A DNA stretch of 64,000 nt from Mytilus trossulus (lineage: Eukaryota): assembly GCF_036588685.1 (NCBI RefSeq), contig NC_086384.1, forward strand, positions 16,802,001 through 16,866,000, written 5' to 3'. Every line of letters begins with the position of its first letter. Within the stretch, counting starts at the first letter, position 1. The notes below the pieces were generated by a model. That model was not told where the DNA came from. It made no database searches and saw nothing but the letters and a program-made list of their open reading frames with translations. Shown here piece after piece: positions 13,833 through 27,200 of this stretch. The position numbers and the translations under genes are program-made.

Positions 13833-15466
13833 TTAAATTGAAAATATAACATAATGTTACATGAATTTAGTCAGTGAAAATGTTGCCTAAATCTTTTTAT
13901 GACAAGACAGTGAATTGAAACCGGGATAAAATAAATATCCTGTCAAATAAATTATCATAGGTACCACGATTTAAAATGAAATCGAGACCAATACAAAAGT
14001 TCGCAACTCTAAGTCACCGCACGGAATTCAATAATGAACAAAACCCATACCGAAAAATAAGCTATAAAAGGCTCGGACATGACAAACGTGAAAAAAAGTT
14101 CAAAAGAGAAAACTAACGAACTGGTTTATGTAAAAACAATAAACATAAAACAGGTTTGACATACAGCAATATACAACAACCCTTGGTTATGTGCTGACAT
14201 TATCCCAAAAGTATTAAATTTCTGTGTAGGTCTTATAACAGTCCTTAGATGTACGTTCACCAGACAGTAAAAAACAGAAAACGAATTGATATGTTTTATA
14301 TCTTTTATGAATGTATGTTATGAACCTTTACTTAATCATTCAAAATAGAAAAATCAAGTACACTATGCATGATTGATATATTATGGGAATTTTATGATAG
14401 TTTAAGGTGATACGAAATTTGTCAATCGAGAGGTTATTCTATAACTGTTTAGGGCAAAATGGTGTACTTCAGCAGAGATGACAGAATCATTTCAAATTGA
14501 GACTAAACATCTTTAAAGAGGAATACCATTTTCCGGCGCTATGCGTCTTCGAATAGTATTCACACTTTAGGATAATCAACCAGATACAAAGTAATTCAAA
14601 ATATGTATTAACAAAAATCAAAGTACATTTATAACGATACCATTTAAATTCGCATTTAAAGCGAAAGTTTTTATAAAACTAAAATCTGAACTTTGCATCG
14701 TACAAATTTAGCTCTAAAACAGTTCTTCATTTGCAAAACTTGTGGGAAGTTACTAATGAATAAGAAAGGCAAACCATTTTTAAAGCAATACCACTTCCCA
14801 ATATAAACTCATTTGATAATAAAAACACAAAGAACCATTGTGCCAAATGTAATACATGAATGTAGGATTTTATGGGTTTTAATATGGACAACTTAGGCAA
14901 TTAAATTAAAACTTAAGGACTGATTGTCTTGCCAGCTAAAGCATGACAATTTTTATTAAACTGAAATCTAAACTCTTCATCATGAATCTATAACGGTTTC
15001 CAATTTATCAAAGTTGTCGAAAGTTGCTGCTGAATGAGAAAAGCTTACCATTTTCAAAATTAAAATTATTTTATTACCAAAAACACAAAGGAAACCGTTG
15101 TTCAAAATATTTAATATGAGTGTAAGTATTTATGTGGCTAATAAGGACAACTTTGGTAACTGAAATAAAAATCTGGAATGATATTCCTATCCGCAGTAAT
15201 TTGTAACTTTAGTCTACATACATCGTGCTCCGTGTAAATTCACCATATAAATTCACATATAACAGCTCCATATCAAAATGGTGAAATGACCAGATTTAAT
15301 AGAAGACTTTGAGCATGTTGTTTTAACATATATAATTAACGTCATCCGTGATAAATAACTTTTAAAATAATTCATTGTATCCCTCGTTTTCCAAGGTAAG
15401 TATTATTGCATTGATGAATATGAAATATTTTATGCAGAAATACGTTTCAAAAATGTTATTTTGCAG

Positions 15467-15538
15467 GAACTTATGGAGCAACAAAATTTCAGCACTCGAC
15501 GTGAATATCTTTCAAGGTTTGACGTCACTCGAGATATT
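15467..15538 (+). CDS. LRR micro-exon A (72 nt, phase 2-2): (L)NLWSNKISALDVNIFQGLTSLEI(L)
   Basis: Acceptor tgttattttgcAG ends at 15466 and donor GTAAGT starts at 15539. Length is 1+23x3+2 nt with no stop. Fits the 24-aa typical LRR consensus xLxxNxIxxLxxxxFxGLxxLxxL; TT|G across the splice junction rebuilds Leu. Confidence 0.9.
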
Positions 15539-16027
15539 GTAAGTAACTTTATGCCGTTAAAACATAATTTGCATTTACATGTATGTGTTGCTGATTTACT
15601 GTCGCAAAGATTTATCTTCTCTTTTTGAAAACATTTTGCAATGTTCCTACTAAATTAATAAATGCCTGTTCATTCAATTTGATATAACGTGAAAGCTTAA
15701 CCAATTTTTAGAATTAAAAAAATTAGAACATTCAGATTAATGTTTTTGAATTTTTAAGATAAGTCAAGGTGATATAAATGTTTTGAAAACAGAGGTTACC
15801 TTGTATCTGTTTAGGGCAACGTAGTTTTCTTTTCGAAAAAAAACTTGAGACCGAACCTTGCTAGAGAGGAATAGCATAATCGATCTAGTGGTATACATTT
15901 GCACATCAGAGATTAGCAGTACATATTTTCAAAACAGTGAAATATTAGCACTTTGACAACTTCAATTTGACTTTGCCCAAAAGAAAAAACAAGAAAATGA
16001 TACAAAGTTACTAAATATCTATTGTCA

Positions 16028-16838
16028 TTATACCCCCGCTTTAAAAAAGGGGGGGGGGTATACTGTTTTACCTCTGTCTGTCAGTCCGTCCGTCAGTCCG
16101 TCAGTCCGTCAGTCCGTCCCATTTCGTCACATTTTTCTCAGGAACTACACATCCACCCTTTCTGTAATTTGGTATCAACATTTATATATGTCAGCCATAC
16201 CGTGTGATGCGTTTTCAGATTCATCATTCATCGACTTCCTGTTTACCGAACACTTGTATGATTTTACACATGATAGCCAAGTTGAAAATTTTCGTCACAT
16301 TTTTCTCAGGAACTACAATAAAAGGATTTCTGAAATTTGGTTTCAGGGTTTATCTAAGTCGGCTATACCGTGTGATGCGTTTTCAGATTGATCACTCGAC
16401 AACTTCCTGTTTACCGAACTCTTGTATGATTTTACACATGATAGCCAAGTTGAAAATTTTCGTCACATTTTTCTCAGGAACTACAATACAAGGATTTCTG
16501 AAATTTGGTTTCAGGGTTTATCTAAGTCAGCTATACCGTGTGATGCGTTTTCAGATTGATCACTTGACAACTTCCTGTTTACCGAACACTTGTATGATTT
16601 TACACATGATAGCCAAGTTGAAAATTTTCGTCACATTTTCCTCAGGAACTACAATACAAGAATTTCTGAAATTTAGTTTCAGGTTTAATTTAAGTTAGCT
16701 ATACCGTGTGATGCGTTTTCAGATTCATCACTCGACAACTTCCTGTTTACCGAACACTTGCATATTTTTACACTATTAATATTATCCACTTGCGGCGGGG
16801 GTATCATCAGTGAGCAGTAGCTCGCAGTTTCACTTGTT
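16028..16838 (+). mobile_element. Helentron-associated (HINE / DINE-1 / pearl-type) element with 168-bp core repeats
   Basis: Starts TTATACCCCCGC with a nearby inverted copy, then a (GTCC/GTCA) microsatellite at 16075-16120. 168-bp units marked at 16197, 16365, 16533 and 16701. 3' inverted repeat gcgggggtat plus hairpin gagc-agta-gctc. Inserted in a T run and absent at 36968. Confidence 0.88.
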
Positions 16839-18427
16839 TCCACCTTTTTTCTACAATATTATTAGAATATGTATAAATTTCGTTTCGATTAATCTGGGTG
16901 CCGGTTTTTTTTTCTCAAAAAAGATATGGACGTGCGGATTTAAGTTCTTTAAATGATGAGATTAATCCAAGTACTCTTCTCTCTGACCTCCTTCTTTTTT
17001 GTGTTTTTTATGGTAATAACCAAGATATAACTTTTTATAACATGTATAGGAGGATTATACACATCGCTATATCAGTTGTATATTTCGATAAAATCCGACT
17101 CTGATCTGTTACAAAAGTCAAAACATAATTGGTCATAACTTGTATCCCAATCAGCAACGCTTTGGTCAATTCTTACTGAACATGAAAGGGAAACCGTTTT
17201 TAGACCAACATTACTTCCCAAAAATCCTATTATAAATACACAAAGGAAACCATTGTGTAAAAAATAGTGCATGGCTCGAAACTTTCATATGGTTAATACG
17301 AACAATTTAGATAACCGAAATAAACATTATGGACTGATATTTCTGCCAGCATCATTTCATCACTGGTGTCTGTCTAGACATAACCCCATTGAGTTAAACC
17401 ATATCTTCGCTCGAGATTGAGATATTGAAATGGGAGTTTTGATATCGAGGGATAAATATGCGTATCATTATGTTAACACTGGTGACGACGAGGCTGTAGT
17501 AAATATGGTATTAAGATCATTTTGTTTCTATTCAAATGTGTGATCAATTATGTGATTAAACCGTCTGAAGACTGGATTGTTTTAGCCGAACATCAACCTG
17601 TTATTTGGTGCATTAATCATTTAAGTCAAAACTATAACCTTGTATTTTTATGTCAACACTTGTTACGACGAAGCTGTAGTAAATAAGATAAATTTGTTTG
17701 TATTCAAATTTGTGATCGATTGTGTGATTTAACTTTCTAAAGACTTGATATATATTCTAGCCAAACATCAACATGTAACTTGTTGCAGTAATCATCTACG
17801 TCAAACATGAACTATAACCTTGTATTGTAATGTAGACATTTATTACATTGTTTGCAATGAACAACAGTGATTTCCCAGTAAAATAAAAACCGATAACTTA
17901 ACATGTGAAATAAACCCAATTAGTTCACTCCCCTAACGTCATACAACAATGTGGTTTCTACATTGTCAATGTAATAAAAAGAATAACTTATTAATGAATT
18001 CAAGTATCAAGAAATAGTGAACTCGTGATCGGACAACACTGATAATTAACGTATACGCTACGCGCATTTGTGAATTGTTTGGTCACTCGTTGAACATTTT
18101 TCTCATTATAAATTATAATCCTGGTACATTTGATAACTAATTATTGTCAGCAGTAAAACGGTATTTAATTTGACAAAGTTGTCTTTACCTAATACTTAAC
18201 GAGAAAGGTAGAAAATTATCAGACCAATATCACTTTACCAAAAATGTTTTAGTGAAATAAATTAAAAGTAAATGGTTATGCAAAATACAATATACCTTAA
18301 AATAATAGATGAGGTTGAAATGGACAACTAAGGTAACTGTACTGAAACTGTCAGCATTATTCGGCGGTTATTTATTTGTCTGCCTGCACACAACAACGTA
18401 ATCCTTAACGTAATGGTCACTTAATAT

Positions 18428-20062
18428 CACTACAAAAGTCAAAAAGTCTGAAAAGACCAGTTTTTGTCTGAATTTGCATAAATTTTTACTTGACATTCTT
18501 AATTTGTCTGCATAATTTTTGAAAATTCTTGACATAGTACTAGTTTGTCTAAAAAGGTTCTTGATTTTTCTTGACAAGTGTTTTGACAGTATTAACATTG
18601 TCTTAAAATTTCTCGACACTTCCTGTATCATCTGATAAGAGTCTGGATTAGTCTCGACCAATTCTTGACTGTCTTAAATTTGTCTCGATCTGTCTTGACA
18701 TATTCTTGACATTCTTAATAATGTCTGAATTTGTCTTGACATATTCTTGACATTCTTTATAATGTCTGAATATGTCTTGACACATTCTTGACAGTATTAA
18801 ATATGTCTTGACACTATCTCAACAGTATAAATTTCGCCGGTACGGTTTATGAAATATTTTGGGTTTGTGTGGCTAAAAAAAGAGGAGGGGGGCTTTCGTG
18901 TTGGTCAAAGAATTTTTTATCAACAAAAATTTGTGATAACGGTCTCCTTCCTGAAAAGAAAAAAAATGTTTAGATCTATATTATGTATGTTTGTTTGAGA
19001 CCAATGAAATTATTGATTAAAAATTATTAAATTCAACACTCAAATTTGAATAGTAAATAGAAATCATTGATGGGACCCATTATGAATACTTTTTTTATTA
19101 TTATTCCTGGAGTAGATAATAATTTTCTTTTAATCTTTGAAATGTTTATGGCAGGTCAACTGATAAGTTGTATGGCTGATTATAGGTTAATCAGTAATTG
19201 CTATTTGACAGTTGCGTGTATTCTGGGGTGTGTTATAACTTAATTTCATGGGGAACATCCTGTCCATGTATAATACTGAATATATATATTCCAACAGATG
19301 ACATTACACAAATTTTTCTTCTGTTAAATGAATGATTTTATGTCATCATAATTTGCTATTTATATAAACCACATTTTTGTACAATAATTATTTACAATAT
19401 TAACATTGGATATATTGAATGTAGAGTGAAATATGTCTACCATATGATTGGTTTTAATAATTTAATTAATAATTGAGATTTAGGAATCAAAACTTGTATT
19501 TTTTACAAAAAAACACATTTAAATTGTTTTATATCAACACACCCTCATTTAAATTATTTTATACATTATATTTCGTAGCCGTATTTGCATTTGTGAAACT
19601 ATTTAAATACCAAAATTTTCAATTGTTTTACATGCCCAACTTTCATATTTGTTGTAAGCAATGTAACTTAAAATCAACAGTATATTATGAAAAAGAAATA
19701 AAGATTACAGTTATATTATGAATATTGGTCATGATTTGTAAAACTTAGAACTTTCAAGTAAATTTAAGACACAATTCAAAATGTTCAGAATATGTCAAGC
19801 CAAACTGAGAAAGAATAAGAATGTCGAGAATATGTCGAGAAATTTCAAGACAGTATTCAAATGTGAAGAATTTGTCAAGAAATTTTAAGACCATATTCAG
19901 AATGTCAAAAATATGTCGAGTAAATTTCATAAAAATTTGATATAAATGAGAATTTGTCAAGAAAAATTAAGACACGAGTCATACTTTTGGAGAATGTCAA
20001 GTAAAAGTTCATGCAAATCAAGTCAAAAACTGGTCTTTTCAGACTTTTTGACTTTTGTAGTG
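18428..20062. mobile_element. Non-autonomous CACTA (EnSpm) element, 1635 bp
   Basis: Perfect 39-bp TIRs CACTACAAAAGTCAAAAAGTCTGAAAAGACCAGTTTTTG and 3-bp TSD TAT (18425-18427 and 20063-20065). Subterminal ~11-bp tcttgaca repeats are oppositely oriented at the two ends. Empty paralogous site near 33737. Confidence 0.92.
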
Positions 20063-20368
20063 TATGGAACGCATTAAATGGAGGGACAAATGATACAAGT
20101 CAGAAGACATCACTTCAAATCTTCAAACACTGTTGTACAAGATGGTCATTGAAATATTTGTATTCAAGTTCATCATTTATAATGCGGTAATACTGTCTAA
20201 AAACAACATCGATTTCTATATACTTAAGGGCAGATATTGAAGATGTTTTCGTCTCATGATAATAATGGAAGCCATAAATGAATAAAAACTTTATATCATA
20301 TTATAAAAATCTGCCAGTATGTTGTCAATATATATCAACCAGTTTATAAACAGATATACTTCTGTTGG

Positions 20369-20741
20369 ACCCCCAAGGGTGAATGGGGAATAGACATATG
20401 GTCACTTGGTCTTCTTCCGACCGGCAGTAAAACGCTTGCCGAAGTGGGGCGTCCGTCTGGCTGTGCGGGATGTATCAAGTTCGCAGTCACGTACGGTCAA
20501 ATTGGGGACGTTAAATCCGATGCCTCGTGTAAGGAGAGTGGGCTGTTGCAAGGCAAAATTTCTGTCCCTATCCAATATACCCTCATTTTTCAGTGGCATT
20601 CCAAATTTCCCCGACCATCATCCCAGATGGCCTCTATTAATTCAAGACCTACCTATAGTATTTTTTGTGAACTTGTTCTCGTCCTGAATATGCATGAAAT
20701 ATTTGCCACTGGACGTTAAGCAACCAACAATCAATCAATCA
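20369..20741 (+). mobile_element. 5'-truncated SINE with (CAAT)n tail
   Basis: GC-rich island flanked by the 13-bp TSD ATACTTCTGTTGG (20356-20368 and 20742-20754). Tail ggacgttaagcaaccaacaatcaatcaatc. No clear Pol III boxes left. Confidence 0.85.
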
Positions 20742-21595
20742 ATACTTCTGTTGGTCAATAACTGCAATGACGAATACTCTTATTTTTCGGAAAAAATGTT
20801 ACTTGTTTGATCTTGTATTATATCACCCTTTCCTTTTATTAATTGTTTTTCAAGTAACACAAGATTTTGAAAAAGCAACATATATAATCAATGTTCTTAT
20901 CTTTTTAAAAATATTTTCCATCGAGCTTTTAAAGTATCGATCGATTCAGCTTGTTGAATGATTAAAGACAACCATTTTGATGAAAATAAACAAACGTCGT
21001 TTAAATTGATCCTATTGATTGTAATAAATTGCCATTTGTTTTCAAAGATATATTAATTTGTGTCAATTGTATTTAGTATTACAAGTAAAATTAGAAATAT
21101 ATGCAAGAAATAACAATTAAGGTTATTGAATTGCTGGTAAGGAGTCTGAATTTGTAAATGGAGAGGTTTGCCTATATCTGATTAGGACAAGATAGTTTAC
21201 AGGATCAAAGACGACAGCATTCTTAATCAAATTTAGATAAAACCTTGATGAATAGGAAAAGCATTATCGATGTTTCTATGTTTCAACTAACCAAATACAA
21301 CCACCTGATTGTAAGCACATTGTATGTATATTTGAACAGCACACGGTTTGAGTGTCTAGGTAAAACACGTTCCTCTGTCACCCTCAAACAGTGACGTTAC
21401 AAAATAACATTGAGAAGAAACTTTACAAAAAATCTGAAGAAATTCATTTAACAAATCAACATGAAGGATCTTTCAGTAATACCTTTAATTGGTTTTCAAA
21501 GAAATATACTATACTTCAGTTTTTCTTATTTTTCTACTGTAAATATGTATGGATTGAGGAATACAAAACATTTTATGCAGACATATGTTTTACAG

Positions 21596-21667
21596 GTGGC
21601 TGAGTGCCAATCAAATTGAAACGCTTGACGTAAATCTCTTTAATGGTTTGACGGCTCTGGGGACATT
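21596..21667 (+). CDS. LRR micro-exon B (72 nt, phase 2-2): (L)WLSANQIETLDVNLFNGLTALGT(L)
   Basis: Acceptor tgttttacAG ends at 21595 and donor GTAAGT starts at 21668. Open frame, same LRR register as exon A. Confidence 0.9.
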
Positions 21668-24208
21668 GTAAGTATTTTGAATCCACAAACAACTATTTGC
21701 CCCATCTGATGCTGGTTTTCCATGCAATGATGTAATTTATCTATTTTTGTTTCCTTTTTCTTTTCGTGCACAGATATATTAACTTGTGTCAATTTGATTT
21801 TGTATTATATGACAATATAGTTTACAGGAAAAAAGATGATACGATTCAAGCAAGCCTTCATTAAGAGGAATAAAAATTTGGATCAAGTGCAATATATTTC
21901 TACATTTTTTTAGTAGAACATATTATCAGACCGATACAATATGTGCACTTTAGACTATTTCAGTTCAACTGACTTGTCTATTGCCCCAAAATTAAATGAA
22001 GATTATATAAATAAACTCATCATATATACCAGAATTGAAATTATATATTTGCGCAAGACGCGCGTTCCATAAAGCTATTGCATATCTATTATAGCCATTT
22101 GTTTTTTTTTAATTGGCTGCCAAATTCCTCAAAATATATCCAAAAAAAATAGTTGTGTATCGTTTTAAAGAAATAATCAAAAAAATGTTAGAAAATCGAT
22201 AAAACATTTGAAGTGAATTTAGTGAAAATATTTTTTTTTGTAATGGGTCGAATCTTTCGTTAATTGTCTTGATTTTATGTTAATATAAAACATGCATAAA
22301 TAAATATTGATATATAATGATATAAAGCAAATTTAAAATTGTTCAATTTCTGCTCTCAAACAGTATTTCATTTGGCAAAGTTGTCGTTTCTTACTACTGA
22401 ATGATAAAGGCGGAAAATTATCAGACCAATATCACTTCCCAAAAATATTTTAATAAAATAAATTTACAAGAAATTGTTATGTAAAATATGATTTTGCGTA
22501 AATTAAAGTATGAAGTTCAAAATGACAAATAAGGTAACTAAACTGCAAACGTTGTGCCAGTATCCTTCGGGGGCTATTGTCTGCATGCACACAACCATAA
22601 TTTATACTACTTAACGCCATGGTCACTGACTTTGGACCTGCTTAAATTACAGAATAAATCAAACACGGTAGAAGACCACACGTATGATCTGCCAGCACTG
22701 CTGTAAAATATGGTCATTGAATTATTTGTTATTTAATTAATCATTAATATTGCGGTAAAATTGTCTAAGAACAACGCTGATCTTTGTAGATTTAAGGGCA
22801 GACATTGAAGATATTTATCTTATAATGATAATGTAAGACATAATTGGTGAATAACTATGTATTATATTATGAAAATCTGTCACTATGTTTCTGTTGTTCC
22901 GTTGTTTTCCTTTTATAGTTGATGTGCTCCTCTCGGCTTTAGATTGTAACCCGGATTCGTTTTCTCTCAATCGATTTATGACTTTGGAAGCGCTATACTA
23001 CTATTGCCTTTATTTGCAATATATCAACTAGTTTACATACCGATATATTCGATATCCGCTTGCCAATGTATTGCCAATGTTAATCTGTTTGCATTTACGA
23101 ATATGCCAAATGTAATGATGAATTACGTTATGCTATATTGTAGGTCTCACATACCAATCAAATTACAAAACTCCCCATGTATTGCTTGATTGCTCTTGTA
23201 TTATAATACGCCTATTATTTTATTCATTGTTTTTAAAGTAAAATAAGTTTTTAAGAATGCAATATAAATAATCAGTGTTTTTTTTCTTCAAATAATGCAA
23301 TTTTCCGAAAGATTTAAATACTGTTTATTTTATTTGGTATATCATATAAAGTCTACTGTTTTCAAAAAATGAAGATGCCGTTTAAATGATGCTATTGGAT
23401 AGATCAGATAACGCAATGCCATCTGCATTTTTGTCAATAGAGAGGTTACCATGTGACTTTCATGATACATTAGTTAACTGGAGTAGGAATGACAAACTGT
23501 TCAGTATAATTAAGATTAAACTTCAATAATGGTGAATTTAATAAATAATTCTCATTTCGAGCACTACCAAAATATAGCACTTTATGATACTTTGTATTTG
23601 ACTTTTCTTTTCTACTTTTTAAAAACCGCCTGCGCATCTTAGATAAATGAATTACGTTCGCTTTAATTTGATATGGTATCATTTTAAGAAATAACATAGT
23701 AATAAGGACTTTTAGATTTATGTTATTGAATTGATTATCTTTCTTAAGTGACATGAGTTTAGTAAATGAAAATGTTGCTTTGATCTATTTTTTGAAAAAA
23801 TAGTTTGTTTTTTGCTTTTTTTTAATTGACTGCACAAATTCGTCATAATATATAAAAAATGATAATCGTTTCAAAAAAATAATGAAAAAAAAATGTTAGA
23901 AAATTGATAAAACAGTTGAAGTGAATTTAGAAAACATAGACTGTCTTGTAATATATCCTATCTTTCGTAAATTATCCGGATTTTATATTAATATAAAGCA
24001 TGCATTAATAAATATTGATATATAATGATATTAAGCAAAATTTAAAATTGTTCAATTTCTGCTCTGAAACTGTATTTCATTTGGCAAAGTTGTCGTTACT
24101 TACTAGAGAATGAGAAAGGCGGAAAATTATCAAACCAATATCACCTCCCAAAAATATTTTGTTAAAATAGATTAAAAGGAAATTGTTGTGTAAAATATAG
24201 AATTGCGT

Positions 24209-27200
24209 AAATTAATATATGAGGTTCAAACGCATCACTTAGGTAACTAAACGTAAATCGTTCTGCCAGCATTCTTCGGGGGCTATCGTAGGTTAGGCAT
24301 TAAAACAATACACAAAAACATATATTATATACAGCAATACACAACAACCCTTGACGTATGTGCTGACATTCGCCAAAAGGATTAAATTTACAATTAGACA
24401 AAAATAACAGAAAGCGAATTGATATGTTTTAGATATTTTATGAAAGTATCTTATGAACCTTTATTTAATCATTCAGAATAGACAAACCAAGTACATTATG
24501 ATTGATTTTATTTAAATTTTATGACAATTTAAGACGATAAGACATGTGTCAATGCACAGTGGTAAACTACTGTTTCCTTTATTTGTCCTGTATCTGTCTA
24601 GGACAATATGGTGTACTTGACACAGATGATAGTATCATTTCAAATTGAGACCAAACATCCTTAAAGAGGAAAACAATTATCACTCCGGCGCTATACGTCC
24701 TCGAAAAGTTTTCACATTTTCTGAACAAACACAACATTTTATTCGGAATAATTTCAAGTGCCTTTATTTTCTCCTACTCTAGGATAATTAACCAGATACA
24801 AAGTAATATAAAACATGCATCAGAAATTTCAAGATATAACGATGAAATGTGAATCAACATTTAGAGCAAAAGTGTTTATAAAACTTGAATCTCAACTTTG
24901 CATCGTACAGATGTATTTCTAAAACAGTAATACATTTGAAAAACTTGTGGGAAGTTACTGTTGAATGCAAAAGGCAAATCATTTTCAAAGCAATATTACT
25001 TCCCAAGATAAACTCATCAGAAACACAAAAGAAACCGTTGAGCCAAATTTGGTATATGAGTAGGATTTGATGGGGTTAATATGGTCAACTGAATTTAAAA
25101 AAAAATGAACAGCTTAATATTTTTTCATTATTTTTGTATTCATATTCAGCATTGAGAATGACGTGAAACTGTATAAAAAGCTTATTTTTCGCAGATATGT
25201 AGGATGTTATTTTTAACATTGATCATTTGAATACATATAATGTATGGCAAATAAGACAATTTCAATTTTGAATTTATCAATTTCCCCCAACTTAGTAGCA
25301 ATCAACCAAATTAACCTGCATATGGGATATAAATTTCCCAACTCATTCAGTATTCAAAAACTTCCATCCTCTACTCAGACTTTATAAAACGTCACCAGTG
25401 TCTGAGCAAAAAGTTGATGAACCAAGGTTATGTAAAAAATGTATGAAAAAAAGTTACGTGTTAAAGTGTTCTTTGTTTTGTCTTTGTAAATTAAGAACTT
25501 GTACGGTTTATACAAAAAAGAAGATCTAGTATGATTCTAAATGAGACAATCATTCACAAGATACGAAATGACACAGACATTAACAGCTATAGGTCATTGC
25601 ACGGCCTTCAACAGTGAGCAAAGCCGGTACATCATAATCAGCTATAAAAGGACCCGAACTCACAAATGTTAAACAATTCAATCGAGAAAACTAACGACCT
25701 AATTAATGTACAAAAAAATGAACGAAAACAATATGTAACATAGCAACAAACGACGACCACTTAAGTACAGGCTCCTGACTTGGGACAGGCAACTACATAC
25801 AGAATGTGGCTGGGTTAAACATGTTAGTGGGATCCCAATCCTCCTCATAACCGGGGACAGTTGTGAAACAGTACAGAATAAGAATGAACATTATAATCAG
25901 TTCATAAAGGGTTAACACATCAGATGGATATAAATAGAAATATATCTAACAAGTGTACAGATTTGAGAGTACTTGCAGTTTTTGACAGCTAGTTAAAAGC
26001 CAATAATAACTAATAAAAATAATCATGCATCTAAGACTAATGTATCAATCAGTTCACATCCAACATCCAATGGATTTAGTGTAAATTTGTAATGAACAGT
26101 TAGAGAAAAACATGACTTTGTGCAATGCCAAGATACAGGAATCTAAAGATTGTAGATCCATGCAAGTGTACATGTATATAACAATATTATTTTAGTTTGC
26201 TTTTATTTAACTGATAACAAAATGAATGTAGATACCAATAAAACAATATTCAAAAATCTTATCACAGTATTTGAAAGGTAACCATTTGGAATAAGTTTAT
26301 TTAAAGGATTGATAAGTTTACCAGGATCGTTTTCAAAATTTGCGGGCACGGTAAACAACATCGCCGTAAAATGAGGATGTGCCTATCCGTTTGAAATAAG
26401 TTTTCTACAGGACTGGTACAAAAAAACTTTAAAACCAAATCTTTATATCTTTGGAAGAATTTTGTAAAAATTAATTAAGGTAGATTAATCCATGACTTAA
26501 TAATTTACCAGTAATACATAGATTCCATTGGCTAAAATCTAAAACGTCACAACAGACACAGGCATAATGAACTAGTTGTGAAATATTAAAACCGTAAGAT
26601 GGTGCCAAAGAAACATCAATATCGAAAAAAAGAAAAGAAACAATAGGGGACGAAAAATCATCCCTTTTGTCGTAAACGGGTTTCCCGTGTAAAACTGAAA
26701 TATCTAAATCCAAGAAAGGACAGTTATTACCATTTAAATTTGATTTATTTAAGGCAAGTTCCTTTGGGTAAATTTCGGCAGTATGTTTAGAAAGTTCTTG
26801 ATTATTTAACGAAAAAATATCATCAAGATAACGGTAAGTGTTTTGTTGAATTTTTAATTAAATGCAATTTAGACGTTTTTTTCTGAGTTTGGTCATAAAC
26901 TGTGATTCATAACAGTACAAAAACAAGTCCGCTATGAAAGGGATGCACTTAGTGCCCATGTGCCCATGAGAATACATTCAATCTGTCGATAAACTTTGTT
27001 GTTGAAGCGTACATAAATATAATCAAATAGAAAATTAACAGCTTCAATCATCTCATCAAACCTCCAGTAAGTATATCTAGCATATTTACCTTTCCCATTA
27101 GAGAAGAAAACTTTAAATTAGTTGCAGCAAATATATTTGCATTCAGATTTACCAAACGACCATTTATTTAAATAGGAAATCTTTTATTTGATAAGATTGT

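Larger units (their letters stand above)
14619..21254 (+). repeat. Exon-bearing segmental duplication, copy 1 (paralog 35422-38104)
   Basis: 14619-17414 aligns with 35422-37542, and 20699-21254 aligns with 37542-38104. High identity apart from indels and the exon's variable codons. Confidence 0.93.

Noticed and set aside
16204-16698. 164-aa ORF with 56-aa repeats
   Set aside because: By-product of the 168-bp (3n) core repeat of a HINE element that is absent from the paralogous site.
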